A stretch of DNA of 64,000 nucleotides from Curvularia clavata (lineage: Eukaryota), in the NCBI GenBank assembly GCA_023920165.1, contig CP089279.1, positions 2,170,001 to 2,234,000 of the forward strand. Direction: 5' to 3'. Below are positions 63,949 through 64,000 of this stretch, piece after piece. The notes under the pieces were generated by a model. That model saw only the letters and a list, made by a program, of their open reading frames with translations. It made no database searches and had not been told where the DNA came from. A program made the position numbers and the translations under genes. Position 1 is the stretch's first letter. The number at the start of each line of letters is the position of its first letter.

Positions 63949-63975
63949 TAGTCCCTAGTCCCTAGTCCCTAGTCC
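63949..63975. repeat. (TAGTCCC)n heptamer repeat, ~4 copies
   Basis: tagtccctagtccctagtccctagtcc. Confidence 0.8.
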
Positions 63976-64000
63976 TCCTGCCTATTTCTGCCTTGTCGCG

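Noticed and set aside
63949..63975. (TAGTCCC)n as a telomere-like repeat
   Set aside because: It is a heptamer rather than TTAGGG and has only ~4 copies; an ordinary microsatellite.

Overview
Intron-rich filamentous ascomycete DNA, probably a Dothideomycete/Pleosporales (inferred from gene style), with about 21 protein-coding genes. In order: a NACHT-ankyrin NLR whose separate first exon encodes a HET-s-like amyloid motif; DUF726; a Tc1-like transposase remnant; PEX14; the divergent methylisocitrate lyase/methylcitrate synthase pair; a membrane-anchored GH3; a His-rich methyltransferase; TYW3 head-to-head with an 8-exon DUF2461 gene; an isolated Zn2Cys6 regulator with long flanks; a repeat-containing orphan; an SDR; a putative catabolic cluster (MFS, dienelactone hydrolase, SDR, Zn2Cys6, MmgE/PrpD, beta-propeller lactonase) with recurrent promoter CCGCGG sites; a DNF1-type flippase; and a possible SLF2/Nse6-like gene. 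The most unusual signal is in the DUF2461 gene. Its four enlarged introns (126, 611, 419 and 202 nt) are dense in hairpins, and introns 5 and 6 are extensively complementary around frame-shifting exon 6 in two mutually exclusive registers. This suggests an RNA-structure-controlled splicing switch or an intron-encoded multi-part ncRNA. All structures and gene models were derived by eye; no folding or database search was run.
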